Shown one piece after another: positions 9,967 through 22,198 of a stretch of DNA of 54,023 bases. Numbering within the stretch: position 1 is the first letter of the stretch; every line of letters begins with the position of its first letter. Under the pieces are notes generated by a model. It made no database searches, was not told the origin of the DNA, and worked only from the letters and a program-made list of their open reading frames with translations. The position numbers and the translations under genes are program-made. This stretch comes from Blastocatellia bacterium (GTDB lineage Bacteria > Acidobacteriota > Blastocatellia > RBC074), in contig JAYVRW010000291.1 of assembly GCA_043775925.1 (NCBI GenBank), forward strand, positions 1 through 54,023, read 5' to 3'.

Positions 9967-10821
9967 ATGAATATCTTACGACCAACCTTGATTAATTCAA
10001 TTCAGCAAGCGGACTCCTTACAATTAACAGAGGCATTGCCGGAAGAGTGTATTGATTTAATTATTTGCGACGGTCCATATGGTGTCACTGGTCACGATTG
10101 GGATAACATTCAGGATATTCAACATTTTAATCTTTTATTGCTTCAGAAATTCTTTCGTATCCTCAAGCCAGGTGGCGCTCTTTATCTTTTTGGCAAGTCA
10201 GATTGCATTGATTTTATTGATTATCGGCCCTATCTGGATTTACAGTCAAAAATTATCTGGTATCAGCCTAGTCGCTTAGCGCAAGGACGAAAATCCTATA
10301 CGAACAACTATGACGTCATTTGTTATTTCTCCAAAGGTAAGCCAAAGACTTTCAATCTTGAAGACATCCGCGTCCCACAATTAGTTGAACTTGAGCATCG
10401 CCGCCGCTGTGAAAATGTTCCTTCGGTGAAAAATGGACGGTATGGGAAAACAGTTTTTAATGAAAACGGCAAGAACCCTGGCGATGTTTGGGGTGACATC
10501 AAACAACTAACCTATAAATCAAAAGAACTCGTCAGCCGCGAATTACTCAACACGATTCAGAAACCTGAAAAGCTGATTGAACGATTGGTCAAAGCCAGTT
10601 CTAATCCCGGAGATTTAGTTTTTGACCCGTTTACAGGGAGTGGTACAGTCCCCGTTGTCTGTCAACGCTTGCAACGCCAGTTTATCGGTTGTGAGCTTAA
10701 TCCAGAGTATGTTGCAATTGCTCAGGAACGGCTAAGTAATTTCGAGGAAGAACAGACCAAACAGCCTGAACTCTGGATGGTGGCGAATTCAAATGGAGTC
10801 GTTCAAGAATCTTTCCTATAA
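9967..10821 (+). CDS. Site-specific DNA amino-methyltransferase (N6A/N4C, beta class)
   Basis: Motif IV variant IDLIICDGPY near the N-terminus; KNPGDVW, QKPEKLIERL; motif I FDPFTGSGT near the C-terminus. Confidence 0.9.
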   Translation: MNILRPTLINSIQQADSLQLTEALPEECIDLIICDGPYGVTGHDWDNIQDIQHFNLLLLQKFFRILKPGGALYLFGKSDCIDFIDYRPYLDLQSKIIWYQPSRLAQGRKSYTNNYDVICYFSKGKPKTFNLEDIRVPQLVELEHRRRCENVPSVKNGRYGKTVFNENGKNPGDVWGDIKQLTYKSKELVSRELLNTIQKPEKLIERLVKASSNPGDLVFDPFTGSGTVPVVCQRLQRQFIGCELNPEYVAIAQERLSNFEEEQTKQPELWMVANSNGVVQESFL

Positions 10822-11290
10822 ACTACCGCGCCATTTCTCTCACACCACTTGATTGTTAGCCCAACATGGCTGATGTTGTTACTGCTTGCATCCAGTTGGC
10901 GTTCGACTTCTTGTAAAACGACAGCAATAGGCAGTTGATAAATTATGCTCACTGTTAATGGATTGTCTTCTTCAAAAACTGCACAGTAAAGAGCCGTATT
11001 GCGCGTGACACGTTCAAGAGATTTGGCTCGTTTATGCGAGGGGCTTTTGAACATTCGATCAAGTTGAAAAGTTCCTTTTTCCAAACAACTCAGGTACTCA
11101 TACTTGAGTTCAGGATTATTTGGATCCCAAGCATCGGCGTCGTGTTTTGTTCGATGAACCTCATGACCAAGAAGATCACCAATAATTAACTCTTTAACCA
11201 ACCCTGGCTGAAGCAAATTTTTATATCCATACCGAGTTGCGATCTCTTGGGCTTTCTTTACATATTCAACAATTTGAGAAATATAGCTCA

Positions 11291-11291
<1 letters not shown>
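10803..11291 (-). CDS. PvuII-fold type II restriction endonuclease-like protein
   Basis: 162 aa, convergent with the MTase. Resembles R.PvuII as I recall it: AQEIATRYGYKNLLQ, DAWD..KYEYLS, C-terminal IKWCERNGAVVY. Confidence 0.6.
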
Positions 11292-12909
<1,618 letters not shown>

Positions 12910-12910
<1 letters not shown>

Positions 12911-14052
12911 TATTTCCCGTAGCTGACGCGATAGATGAATCCTTTGTTGTCGTCCGAAATATACAGCGCACCGTCGGCTCCCGTAGCGAGTCCAGCGGGG
13001 CGTCCAGAGAATTGCTCTTTTTTCAGCCAGCCCGTTACGAAATCTTCTGTGCCAACAGGCTTACCGTCTTTCATGAGAATACGCACAACTTTGTAGCCGA
13101 TTTTTTCTTTTCGACTCGCTGCACCGGAGCCGTGAACCGCTACTAACATTGCTCCGCGATAGGCGGCGGGAAATTTCTTACCCGTGTAAAATTTTAAATC
13201 AATTGGCGACGAATGGGCTGGAAATTCAAACGCAGGCGGCGTCGCGTCTGACGCTTTCAATGAACCTTTAGGATTTTCAAGTCCAGTGTTCGGAATATTT
13301 TTTCCAATGTAATAAGGGAAGCCATAATTCTTGCCTTCTTCGATTAGATTAATTTCGTCAGGTGGCAGGTCTTCGCCGAGCTTATCCTGTCCCATATCAT
13401 CCGACCAGAGCTTGTTGGTCTTCGGATCGAAATCAATCCCAATTGCATTGCGCAGGCCTTTGGCGAAGTGTTTTCCGCCGCTGCCGTCTTCGTTGTACAC
13501 CATAATCGAAGTGCGGCGATCATCGGCTTCTTCGCACACATTGCACGATGATCCAATCGAAACATAAAGCCGATTATCTTTGCCCCACGCAATGGAACGC
13601 GACCAATGCGAAGTCGTCGAAACGGGCAAGTCAATAAATTTTTCCGGTGTTCCAGCTTTGCCATTTTCATATTTCACCCGCATCACCGCAGGCATGGTAG
13701 CGATATACAAATAGCCTTTGTGAAATGCGAGGCTGTGGGAACGATTGAAGCCGCTGGCGATGACCTCGATTTTGTCGGCTTTGCCATCTTTGTTGAGGTC
13801 GCGGAGTACAACGACTTCGCCGCCCGTATCAGGTTTGCCCATTCGCGCCACGAAGAGCGTTCCATCAGGAGCGACAGCCATCAAACGTGAAGTAGGTAAA
13901 CCTTCGGCAAAGACTGAAATCTTGAATCCGGCAGGGACTTGTAAATCGCCGAGTGGGGCAACAGGCGGAGCCGCAGGCGCTGGAGTGTTTTGCGCACTGA
14001 CTTGCAACGAAAAAGCTAAGGTGCTCATCAAAAAGATTGTTCTTATTTTCAT
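12910..14052 (-). CDS. Secreted PQQ-dependent sugar/sorbosone dehydrogenase family beta-propeller
   Basis: Signal peptide; VPAGFKISVFA, LYVSIGSSCNVCEE, GLRNAIG, AHSSP, GRPAG..DGALYISDD. Confidence 0.88.
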
Positions 14053-14161
14053 TGGCGAGATTCCTTTGGAGTTGAATTCTGAAATTAAGGTTAATTTAAA
14101 TATTTCTTTACACGAGGTGAAGATGGATCAAGTATACTCCAACGAATGGAGCGAGAAAAAA

Positions 14162-14341
14162 ATGTCACGAAGAGTTGATAACGAATGCGCTTACTGCGCC
14201 GAAGAATTTGATGAAAGCCGCGCCAACATTGGCGATGATTATAAAGTCTATTGTTCAGAGTATTGTGAACAGCAAGGTGAATTATTGTCTGCCTACGAAG
14301 CCGCTCAGCCTTATCTCAATCAATTTCCATTAGCCGCATAA
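14162..14341 (+). CDS. 59-aa metal-binding (TRASH/zinc-ribbon-like) small protein
   Basis: ATG at 14162 after GGAG; MSRRVDNECAYC...KVYCSEYC...FPLAA. It is the 3' part of track ORF 13745..14341. Confidence 0.6.
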   Translation: MSRRVDNECAYCAEEFDESRANIGDDYKVYCSEYCEQQGELLSAYEAAQPYLNQFPLAA

Positions 14342-14355
14342 TTCGAAAAAACACA

Positions 14356-14437
14356 AGACAGGATTTTCAAGATTGAAAACAGGATTTACAAAAAATCATT
14401 CCTGTTAATCTTGAAATAAATCTTGTGAATCCTGTCT
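14356..14437. repeat. Inverted CAGGAT/ATCCTG repeat hairpin
   Basis: AGACAGGATTTTCAAGATT..CAGGATT ... AATCTTG..AATCTTGTGAATCCTGTCT. Confidence 0.75.
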
Positions 14438-15215
14438 AGGCGTTTTCTTCTGGAAACCGTTTGCCCACGAACAAATCATAGATAAATGTTCCGGCAATCC
14501 CTCCTAGAATCGGCCCAACAATTGGAACCCAGAAATAATAATTTCCCGCGCGGAAAACTTCTGATCCCCAACCTGCGACAAACGTAAATAATCGTGGGCC
14601 TATATCACGCGCCGGATTGATCGCGTAGCCTGCATTCATCCCCATACTCGCGCCGATCACAATCACTAATAATCCAACCATCACTGGCCCCAGATTTCCC
14701 AGCGTAGCGTTGTTGCGTGCATCGCTAATTGCAGAAATCACCAGCATCAACATCGCCGTGCCGATGAATTGATCTACGAAGCCGCCGAACGTCGAGAGAT
14801 ACGGCGCAGGATACGTCGCAAAAATTCCGGCTGTGCCTAAATCTCCGCTGACTTGTCGTACACCTTTGTCGAAATTATTGAAGGCTTCGTGATAGACAAA
14901 AAATGCAGTCGCCGCACCGCAAAAAGCTCCGGCAACCTGCGCCGCGCAGTACGGTAAAACCTTGCTCCACGGCATGCCGCGATGGACGGCATTGGAAAAT
15001 GTGACAGCCGGATTCAGGTGTGCGCCGGAGACTCCGCCCGCCACCATAATTCCCATCATCACAGCGATGCCCCAGGCAATATTGATTGAAAGGTACACGC
15101 CATTTTTTTCGTGACCAATTAATACTTGGGTCACGTTGGCGGCTCCAAAAGCGATCAAGACAAATGTGCCGAGGAATTCGGCAAGGAGTTCACGGGTCAG
15201 GGTATCTCGGTTCAT
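14436..15215 (-). CDS. glpF: Glycerol uptake facilitator (MIP aquaglyceroporin)
   Basis: SGAHLNPAVT and GYAINPARD (the D after the second NPAR marks glyceroporins). Confidence 0.93.
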   Translation of the reverse strand: MNRDTLTRELLAEFLGTFVLIAFGAANVTQVLIGHEKNGVYLSINIAWGIAVMMGIMVAGGVSGAHLNPAVTFSNAVHRGMPWSKVLPYCAAQVAGAFCGAATAFFVYHEAFNNFDKGVRQVSGDLGTAGIFATYPAPYLSTFGGFVDQFIGTAMLMLVISAISDARNNATLGNLGPVMVGLLVIVIGASMGMNAGYAINPARDIGPRLFTFVAGWGSEVFRAGNYYFWVPIVGPILGGIAGTFIYDLFVGKRFPEENA

Positions 15216-15322
15216 AGTGGTTAGTTGGTTTTTAAGAAGATAGTGAACCGCAAAAGGCACCGAAAGCGCAAATACAATACAAGGAGTTTTTTGTGCGTTT
15301 TGAGCTTTTTGTGGTTATAAAT

Positions 15323-16096
15323 TTATCGAACTACGCCTTCAATTGGACTGCTGGCGCTCGCGTAAAGTTTCATCGGCATCCGTCCCGCCAGGTACGACAT
15401 TCTTCCTGACTTCACAGCGAGGTTCATCGCCTCTGCCATCAAGCCGGGATTTTTCGCTTCAGCAATCGCGGTATTCATCAGCAATCCGTCAATCCCAAGC
15501 TCCATCGCAAAGCAGGCATCTGATGCAGTGCCGACGCCTGCGTCTACAATAATCGGGACGGAAGTGATCTGCTCGCGCATAATTCTCAAGTTGTTAGGAT
15601 TCTGAATACCAAGCCCTGAACCAATTGGCGCGGCGAGCGGCATCACTGCCGAAGCACCCGCGTCAATCAGCTTCTTAGCCATAATCAAATCATCGCTGAA
15701 ATAAGGCAAGACCGTGAAGCCTTCTTTGACTAATATTTTTGTCGCCTCAAGTGTCGCTTCGTTGTCAGGGAACAACGTTTTCTGATCGCCGATGACTTCC
15801 ACTTTGACCCAATCGGACATGCCGACTTCACGCGCCAGCATAGCAGTTCGTACCGCTTCATCAGCGGTGTAGCATCCTGCCGTATTCGGCAGCAACGAAA
15901 ATTTCTTGAGATCAATGTGATCCAGCAACGACCCCTGCGAACGATCCGTAATGTTGACACGGCGCACCGCGACCGTAATCATTTCGGCTCCGCTGTGCGC
16001 AAAGGCGTCAATCATTTCTTCGTTGGAGCGATATTTCCCCGTGCCAATGATGAGGCGTGAATTGAATTCGCGGTTGGCGATAATAAGTTTGTTCAT
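15323..16096 (-). CDS. thiG: Thiazole synthase
   Basis: [39 protein letters not shown]. Confidence 0.97.
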   Translation of the reverse strand: MNKLIIANREFNSRLIIGTGKYRSNEEMIDAFAHSGAEMITVAVRRVNITDRSQGSLLDHIDLKKFSLLPNTAGCYTADEAVRTAMLAREVGMSDWVKVEVIGDQKTLFPDNEATLEATKILVKEGFTVLPYFSDDLIMAKKLIDAGASAVMPLAAPIGSGLGIQNPNNLRIMREQITSVPIIVDAGVGTASDACFAMELGIDGLLMNTAIAEAKNPGLMAEAMNLAVKSGRMSYLAGRMPMKLYASASSPIEGVVR

Positions 16097-16106
16097 AAAA
16101 ACAAGG

Positions 16107-16370
16107 CTATCCAAAATATTTTTCGTACTCGTCGTGAGAGCCAATCCAAAACCAAGTGACAGTATCTTTATCTAAAACTCCCACTGCTCGAAAGGCAATG
16201 GTGATTCGGACAGACCAAATATTTTCTTTCTGATTGATACACTTAAAATGTAGAGATGGATGGAACGGGTTTTCTTCCCAGAGTTTATATGCTTTTCGTG
16301 CTCTGTCTTTGGTTGATTGATCAAGCTTATGATATGCGTCCCAGAAGAGTTGTAATGTTTGAGAGTTCAT
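16107..16370 (-). CDS. RelE/ParE-superfamily toxin
   Basis: 87 aa; [30 protein letters not shown]. Confidence 0.85.
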   Translation of the reverse strand: MNSQTLQLFWDAYHKLDQSTKDRARKAYKLWEENPFHPSLHFKCINQKENIWSVRITIAFRAVGVLDKDTVTWFWIGSHDEYEKYFG

Positions 16371-16438
16371 TAGAACGACCTAAGCACGGATTTTTAGATT
16401 GTCAACTTTTGCCCTAAAGGAGTTTATGACTTGAGAAT

Positions 16439-16669
16439 TCATAGTTTCTCAAAATCCATTGCCTGTGCTTTCCCTTCGGCAATCTCGTGTCTCGCTTGTC
16501 GTGCAGCTTCGATCAGCTTAGAAGAAGTTTTTTTGAAAGACTGATCCCATTTCATTTCATCGCGCAAGGTTTCGATATAATCGCGCAAATGCTCAACGAC
16601 GCGGTCTTGTGCCAATTCAGGCAATGATTCCAGCATCTTTGTCACAGTTGAAATCGTTGTAGATGACAT
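16439..16669 (-). CDS. Cognate antitoxin (76 aa)
   Basis: Small ORF upstream of the toxin; MLESLPE..QDRV..HLRDY..WDQSF..ARHEIAEGKA. Confidence 0.75.
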   Translation of the reverse strand: MSSTTISTVTKMLESLPELAQDRVVEHLRDYIETLRDEMKWDQSFKKTSSKLIEAARQARHEIAEGKAQAMDFEKL

Positions 16670-16797
16670 ACCACTTTCCTCTAGGCTTAATTTCAGGAAT
16701 GAAGAAAAACAAATCCTACTATAACTGCAAACCAGCGGCAATGAACCGACCACCGCCCACTGACAACCGCCCACCAAAGTTGTATGATGAATTTTCT

Positions 16798-17529
16798 ATG
16801 CACATTCCAACCGCCGCCATTTTAGTGATCGGAAATGAAGTCCTCAGCGGAAAAACTGAGGAGCAGAACGCCCGTTTTTTAATCGGCGAATTGCGCGAAC
16901 TTGGCGTCGCGTTGCAGTGCATTCTGACGATTCCTGATGAGCCGGAACACATCGCTGCGGCGGTCAAAGATTTGTCCTCGCGCTTCGATTATGTTTTTAC
17001 TTCCGGCGGAGTCGGCCCTACGCACGACGATGTAACGATTACGAGCATTGCCAAAGCCTTCGATAAACCCATCGTGCGACATCCAGAATTGGAAAGTTTG
17101 TTGCGCAGACATTTTGGTGAACAAGTTGACGAGACGCGGTTGCGTATGACAGATGTGCCGGACGGTACGGAATTGCTTTACGGCGAAAACTTGAAATATC
17201 CAGTGCTGGCCTGCGCGAACGTTTTTATCTTCCCCGGCGTGCCGGAAGTGTTTCGCCAAAAATTCACGGCGATTCGTGAACGCTTTCGCGTCGCGCCGTT
17301 TCACCTGCGTGTCATTCACACGCTCGAAGACGAATTCGATATTTCGGATCGTTTGCGAATCATCGCCGCTGCGCATCCAACCGTAGCCATTGGCTCGTAT
17401 CCAAATTTCCTGGCGCCTGAATATCGGGTGAAGCTGACGCTGGAATCGAAGCATGAAATCGAAGTAGATGCGGCACATCGGGCATTGTTGGAAATTTTGA
17501 ATGAAGTGCAAATCGTTCGGATTGATTAG
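16798..17529 (+). CDS. CinA N-terminal-like molybdopterin-binding domain protein
   Basis: ILVIGNEVLSG, TSGGVGPTHDDVT, FPGVP, IGSYP. Confidence 0.88.
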   Translation: MHIPTAAILVIGNEVLSGKTEEQNARFLIGELRELGVALQCILTIPDEPEHIAAAVKDLSSRFDYVFTSGGVGPTHDDVTITSIAKAFDKPIVRHPELESLLRRHFGEQVDETRLRMTDVPDGTELLYGENLKYPVLACANVFIFPGVPEVFRQKFTAIRERFRVAPFHLRVIHTLEDEFDISDRLRIIAAAHPTVAIGSYPNFLAPEYRVKLTLESKHEIEVDAAHRALLEILNEVQIVRID

Positions 17530-17547
17530 CACTATTCTTTATTTTTC

Positions 17548-17724
17548 TTCGCGGCTCCGCCGCTTCGATGTGTGGAAAGGCTGTGCTTTTCCAAGTACTC
17601 GTCAATCAATCTGGGCTACGCCCGTTGGTTGACTTTCGCTAATGTGCGGGCGTAGTCCAAAACAAAAGATGAAGCTTACGGTTAGGCGGAGCCACAACCG
17701 CACATCAGGCGGCAGAGCCGCGAA
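17548..17724. repeat. MITE/REP-like palindromic element, family A copy 1
   Basis: Terminal inverted repeats TTCGCGGCTCCGCCGC..GATGTG / CACATCAGGCGGCAGAGCCGCGAA with internal TGGGCTACGCCC..GGGCGTAGTCCA; a related copy lies at about 46898-47044. Confidence 0.7.
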
Positions 17725-17751
17725 GGGGCATATTTAAAAACGCAAAAAATC

Positions 17752-18237
17752 ATGAATTCTGTTTACGAAACTCCATCGCCCTTTCACGTAGCATTAATTG
17801 AGCCGGAAATTCCTCCGAATACGGGGAATATCGCACGCACGTGCCTGGCGACGTTTACGCCTTTGCATTTGGTTGGCAAGTTGGGCTTTCGTACCGATGA
17901 ACAGGCGGTCAAACGTGCAGGCTTGGATTACTGGTACGACACGGAAATCCACTATCATCGAAGCCTTGAAGACTTACAAGAAAAGTTATCGAACGCGCGA
18001 TTTTTGTACTTCACTACGAAGTCAAAAAAATCTTACACAGATTTTCAATTTGCCGTCGGAGACGTATTTGTTTTTGGGCGGGAGACGCGCGGTTTACCGG
18101 AAGATTTATTAAACGCAAATCCTGAAAATTGTCTGACGATCCCGATGCCGAATGAAAGAGTACGTTCACTGAATCTGGGGAATTCGGCGGCAATTGTGCT
18201 GTACGAAGCATTGCGACAGGTGGGAGATAGTCTGTAG
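17752..18237 (+). CDS. trmL: tRNA (cytidine/uridine-34-2'-O)-methyltransferase
   Basis: EPEIPPNTGNIARTC, RAGLDYW, FGRETRGLP, IPM..VRSLNL. Confidence 0.95.
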   Translation: MNSVYETPSPFHVALIEPEIPPNTGNIARTCLATFTPLHLVGKLGFRTDEQAVKRAGLDYWYDTEIHYHRSLEDLQEKLSNARFLYFTTKSKKSYTDFQFAVGDVFVFGRETRGLPEDLLNANPENCLTIPMPNERVRSLNLGNSAAIVLYEALRQVGDSL

Positions 18238-18275
18238 AGTTCATAAAGTCGAGAGAGTCTTTTGACTCAATAGAC

Positions 18276-18785
18276 TCAATTGACGATATATTCTTCTTTC
18301 AACTCAATATAAGCTTGCCAGAAATGGTCAAGCTGTTTCACTTCATTTTCAGAAAGAGTTTTCTTGATGACGCCGGGGACGCCTACTATCATTGATCGCG
18401 GAGGCACTTTCATTCCCGGTGGGACGACCGCTCCGGCGGCAATAATGGATTCGGTTCCAATCACTGCGCCATCTAAAATTACGGAACCCATGCCAATCAA
18501 GCAACGATCTTCAATGGTGCAGCCGTGAATGACGGCACTATGTCCGACGGTCACGTAATTACCAATGGTCGTCGTCGCCAATCCGCCCGTGACATGCACC
18601 ATGCTCAGGTCCTGGATATTCGTATGATGACCAATCGTGATTTTATCAGCGTCTCCGCGAATGACTGTACCGAACCACACGGAGGAATGTTCGCCAATCG
18701 TGACATCGCCAATCACCATCGCTGAGTCGGCGATGAAGCAATGCTCAGCGATAGTTGGTGTAATGTTGCGGAATTTTCGAATCAT
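18276..18785 (-). CDS. Gamma carbonic anhydrase family protein (YrdA-like)
   Basis: VIRGD, TNIQD..H, VTVGHSAVIHGC hexapeptide repeats. Confidence 0.93.
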   Translation of the reverse strand: MIRKFRNITPTIAEHCFIADSAMVIGDVTIGEHSSVWFGTVIRGDADKITIGHHTNIQDLSMVHVTGGLATTTIGNYVTVGHSAVIHGCTIEDRCLIGMGSVILDGAVIGTESIIAAGAVVPPGMKVPPRSMIVGVPGVIKKTLSENEVKQLDHFWQAYIELKEEYIVN

Positions 18786-19056
18786 CGGTTAATTATAGTT
18801 GACAGTATTTTCAGACTGCGATAATTTGCAGCTCTCCCCAAGAGTAATTTCAATCTTTAACTTGTAACAGTCAAGCTGACTGAACGGTTTTGCTGGTTTA
18901 GGGCAATGATTAGTACCCTCGCATTCTCAGCTACGCAGCAGAATTGTGAAGAAAGAATTGATTGTTTGATGTGACAACTCCCCGGCATCTGAAGTTAGTA
19001 ATTTCACAACAGTAAACGCAAGCTTACTCTCATCAGTCCAAAGGATATCAACACTT

Positions 19057-20703
19057 ATGCCTCTAGTAGACCCAGCAACAATTATAGCGGTACGCGGAAA
19101 CGTAGATATTGAGTTTGACAAAATTCAGGGAAATAGCTTTGGTGGATTTTCCAAGGATGATCAGTCTTTCATTTTATTGGAAATCACCAATGCCGCAAAA
19201 GCAAAAACGACACTTGGGAAAGGTGAAATCTACAATCATGTTAAGCACAGTAGTAGTGAAGCTGTCATCGCCTTCAACGAACAGTTTCGGGCTTTAAGAA
19301 GAAAAGGTGCGTCAGAAGGCACTATTAAAGCAACCTGGACAAATCTTGTCTTCACTAAATCAGGAATCCAAAAATTGGGTGGAAGCGACCTGCATAAATT
19401 TCCAAAAGCATTCAAAGAGGGGATGGCCGCGCGGGCTGCGAAGATTGGAGACGTGAATGACAATAAGCCTGCGAATTGGAATGATGGGATGGCGGTCAGT
19501 GTCGAATGGGAAAAAGTAGATGCGATGGTTTTAGTTGCTTCTGACGATCCGTCTCAGCTTAATGAAAACCATCTCGGAGGTCGGTTACAACGCTATCTTA
19601 AAAGTTTGAAGTCAGGTTCATCTGGTTTGAAGGTTCTTGGCGTGATTCGCGGTGAAACCCGCAGGGATGATGTTGGACACGAACATTTTGGTTTTAAGGA
19701 TGGTGTTTCTCAGCCTGGAGTTCGCGGAGTAGACGGCCCGGATGATCCCATTCATAATCCAGACCAAGGTAATCCAGGGCAGGATTTACTGCATCCGGGT
19801 GAATTTGTCCTTGGTTATCCACGTCAAATCCCCATTCCTGAAACTACTGGCTTCGAGGGACCCAACCGTTGTCAGGGAGCCAGGGCAGGAAAGGATTATT
19901 ACCCGACTGATCCGGCTGACTCGCAAACTGAATTACCTGATTGGGCTGTGAATGGCTCGTTTCTGGTGTTCCGGCGATTAGCTCAGGATGTCAAAGGATT
20001 TCGTGATGCTGTTGACGATACTGCTTTCGATTTAGGCATCACACCTGACTTACTGGGAGCTAAAATTGTTGGACGTTTCAAAAGTGGCGCACCGCTTGAA
20101 CCACTGAGTTTTCAATCTGGTATTGGTGAATACCACGTGCCGATGACGGATCCAGGTATTGCTCATCCAGCCTTAGCTGGCAGTGATGATATTAATAATC
20201 ACTTTGAATATGGTGACGATAAAGATGGCAAAATAGTTCCATTGGCTTCTCATATTCGTAAAGCCTATCCCCGTGACCAAGAGCCGACAAATGAAAAAGG
20301 AACACTTCATCCTAATGCACCTGGTGCAGAAAGCCGGACACAGACACATCGCTTACTCCGACGTGGAATTCCTTTTGGGGATTCGCTGGGAGCTGCTCAA
20401 AATGGTGGTGTTAATGATCCGAGAGGGTTACTTTTTGTAGCTTATCAAACTGATATTGAGCGGCAGTTTGAGTTTGTCCAGGAATCGTGGGTGAATGACC
20501 CAGACTTTCCAGAGAACGGAGCAGGACAAGACCCCATCATTGCCAACAGCACTCCTGCCGGTCCGATTAGCGGGTGCCCTTTTCATCAAAGCGCCAACGC
20601 TGCAAAATGTCCGGTAAGCTTCAAGCACTTTGTGAAAACGCGCGGAGGGGGATATTTCTTCTCACCTTCGATAGAAACTCTGGCGAAGTGGTTAGGACTA
20701 TAA
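19057..20703 (+). CDS. Dye-decolorizing (DyP-type) heme peroxidase
   Basis: HEHFGFKDGVSQP (GxxDG), NGSFLVFRRLAQDV, SHIRKAYPR (proximal His), LLRRGIPFG, GLLF, QFEFVQ..W. Confidence 0.93.
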   Translation: MPLVDPATIIAVRGNVDIEFDKIQGNSFGGFSKDDQSFILLEITNAAKAKTTLGKGEIYNHVKHSSSEAVIAFNEQFRALRRKGASEGTIKATWTNLVFTKSGIQKLGGSDLHKFPKAFKEGMAARAAKIGDVNDNKPANWNDGMAVSVEWEKVDAMVLVASDDPSQLNENHLGGRLQRYLKSLKSGSSGLKVLGVIRGETRRDDVGHEHFGFKDGVSQPGVRGVDGPDDPIHNPDQGNPGQDLLHPGEFVLGYPRQIPIPETTGFEGPNRCQGARAGKDYYPTDPADSQTELPDWAVNGSFLVFRRLAQDVKGFRDAVDDTAFDLGITPDLLGAKIVGRFKSGAPLEPLSFQSGIGEYHVPMTDPGIAHPALAGSDDINNHFEYGDDKDGKIVPLASHIRKAYPRDQEPTNEKGTLHPNAPGAESRTQTHRLLRRGIPFGDSLGAAQNGGVNDPRGLLFVAYQTDIERQFEFVQESWVNDPDFPENGAGQDPIIANSTPAGPISGCPFHQSANAAKCPVSFKHFVKTRGGGYFFSPSIETLAKWLGL

Positions 20704-20725
20704 GCTTCTTTCATTTATTTTGAAA

Positions 20726-22081
20726 TTAGAGTATTTCGACGACAGGCGCGACTTCTGATTTTGGAATCAGGGCGGGCCAATACGCGACGATCTCTTCAAC
20801 TTTTGGACGACCTCCGGCGAAACCTGTTACCGTCGGAGGCCCGTTCAAAACTAACGGCGCTAGCTCTTTGGTGAAGCGTTCGATGTCGCTTTTGGATTGC
20901 CCGCGCACTCCGATGCGGAACGTTACTTCCGCTAAATTTTCGGTCGGCTCGCCGGATAGCGCAGTTCCGTGACAGGCGTTCACTCCCACAAATTCAGTCA
21001 GGATTTCTTCAAATTTCAATCCTAAACTTTCTAACCGCTTCCGCATAATTTTGTCAGCGGCTTGCGCTTTTTTGTAGGCGTCAGGCCACGAGTAAACTAA
21101 TGATCCGACGGCTTTGAAGCCGGATGCATAGCTGATCGAAACTTTATAAAATTCAGTCTCAGGATAACCTTTGATGCCGTGAAATTTGACCCGATTTTCG
21201 CCGTCTTGTTCGAGCTGAATGGTGGTGAAATCGGCAACGCAATCCGGCGTAATGTAGCATTTCGGATCACCCATTTCGTACACCAATTGTTCCTTGATTC
21301 CGGGAACGTTGATACGTCCTCCGGTATTGGCGTGTTTGGTGATAACAAAGGTTCCGTCTTCGTAGCCTTCGACTATGGGGTAGCCGATAGTCGCTAACTC
21401 AGGAATGCTTTCCCAATCAATCTGGCAATTGCCGCCAGAGCTTTGCGCGCCGCATTCGATAGTGTGTCCAGCGATGGTTCCCGCCGCGATTTTGTCCCAA
21501 GCGTCAAGGCTCCAGCCGAATTCATGGATCATCGGAGCCAGCGTCAAACCCGTATCCGTACACCGCCCCGTAATGACGATTTGCGCCCCTTGTTGCAGCG
21601 CTTCAACGATAGGCGCGGCTCCGAAATAAATGTTGGCGCTTTGAATAGTTGGACGCACCGACGAAAGCGGCTCGCCCGTATCCATGCTGTTGAGTTCGAT
21701 GCCGCGTCCGATGAAATTATCCAGCCGATCCATGATGTCATCTCCGGCAACGATAGCGACTTTAACGTTAAGGTTTAATTTACGCGCAACAGCGATGACA
21801 GCTTCAGCACAGCCACGTGGATTGACGCCTCCGGCATTGGCGATGACTTTGATGTTGCGCTCAACGCAGGTGGGGAGAATCCGCTCCATTAACGGCACAA
21901 AATCACGCGCGTAACCTGCCAACGGATCACGCGCCTTTTGTTTTTGCATAATAGACATCGTGACTTCGGCAAGGTAATCAAGCATCAGGTAATCAATGTC
22001 TCCGCCGTTGACCTGATTGACGGGAGCTTCAAGCGAGTCTCCCCAAAAACCTTGTCCTGCTGCGATGCGAATTGTTTTCAT
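20726..22081 (-). CDS. AtuA-like / DUF1446 protein
   Basis: [49 protein letters not shown]. Confidence 0.9.
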   Translation of the reverse strand: MKTIRIAAGQGFWGDSLEAPVNQVNGGDIDYLMLDYLAEVTMSIMQKQKARDPLAGYARDFVPLMERILPTCVERNIKVIANAGGVNPRGCAEAVIAVARKLNLNVKVAIVAGDDIMDRLDNFIGRGIELNSMDTGEPLSSVRPTIQSANIYFGAAPIVEALQQGAQIVITGRCTDTGLTLAPMIHEFGWSLDAWDKIAAGTIAGHTIECGAQSSGGNCQIDWESIPELATIGYPIVEGYEDGTFVITKHANTGGRINVPGIKEQLVYEMGDPKCYITPDCVADFTTIQLEQDGENRVKFHGIKGYPETEFYKVSISYASGFKAVGSLVYSWPDAYKKAQAADKIMRKRLESLGLKFEEILTEFVGVNACHGTALSGEPTENLAEVTFRIGVRGQSKSDIERFTKELAPLVLNGPPTVTGFAGGRPKVEEIVAYWPALIPKSEVAPVVEIL

Positions 22082-22096
22082 GAGATTTAAAATGCT

Positions 22097-22187
22097 TTAC
22101 CGCAAAGGGTCAAAGGGGCAAGGGTTCAAAGAATAGAAATGCAAGTATTCACTTTGATTCATTGCCTCTTTGACCCTTTGCGGTGAA
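22097..22187. repeat. Inverted nonamer repeat hairpin (CGCAAAG family)
   Basis: ACCGCAAAGGGTCAAAGGGGCAA ... TTGCCTCTTTGACCCTTTGCGGT; a related degenerate copy lies at about 15246-15317. Confidence 0.8.
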
Positions 22188-22198
22188 AATGCTTACGC

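Noticed and set aside
13745-14161. N-terminal 139 aa of the 198-aa + strand ORF
   Set aside because: Mostly antisense to the dehydrogenase gene; only the part from the ATG at 14162 looks protein-like.
16097-16440. TPP riboswitch or thiS upstream of thiG
   Set aside because: The region is occupied by the TA module; no TPP aptamer core (CUGAGA...) context or ThiS C-terminal GG ORF was seen.
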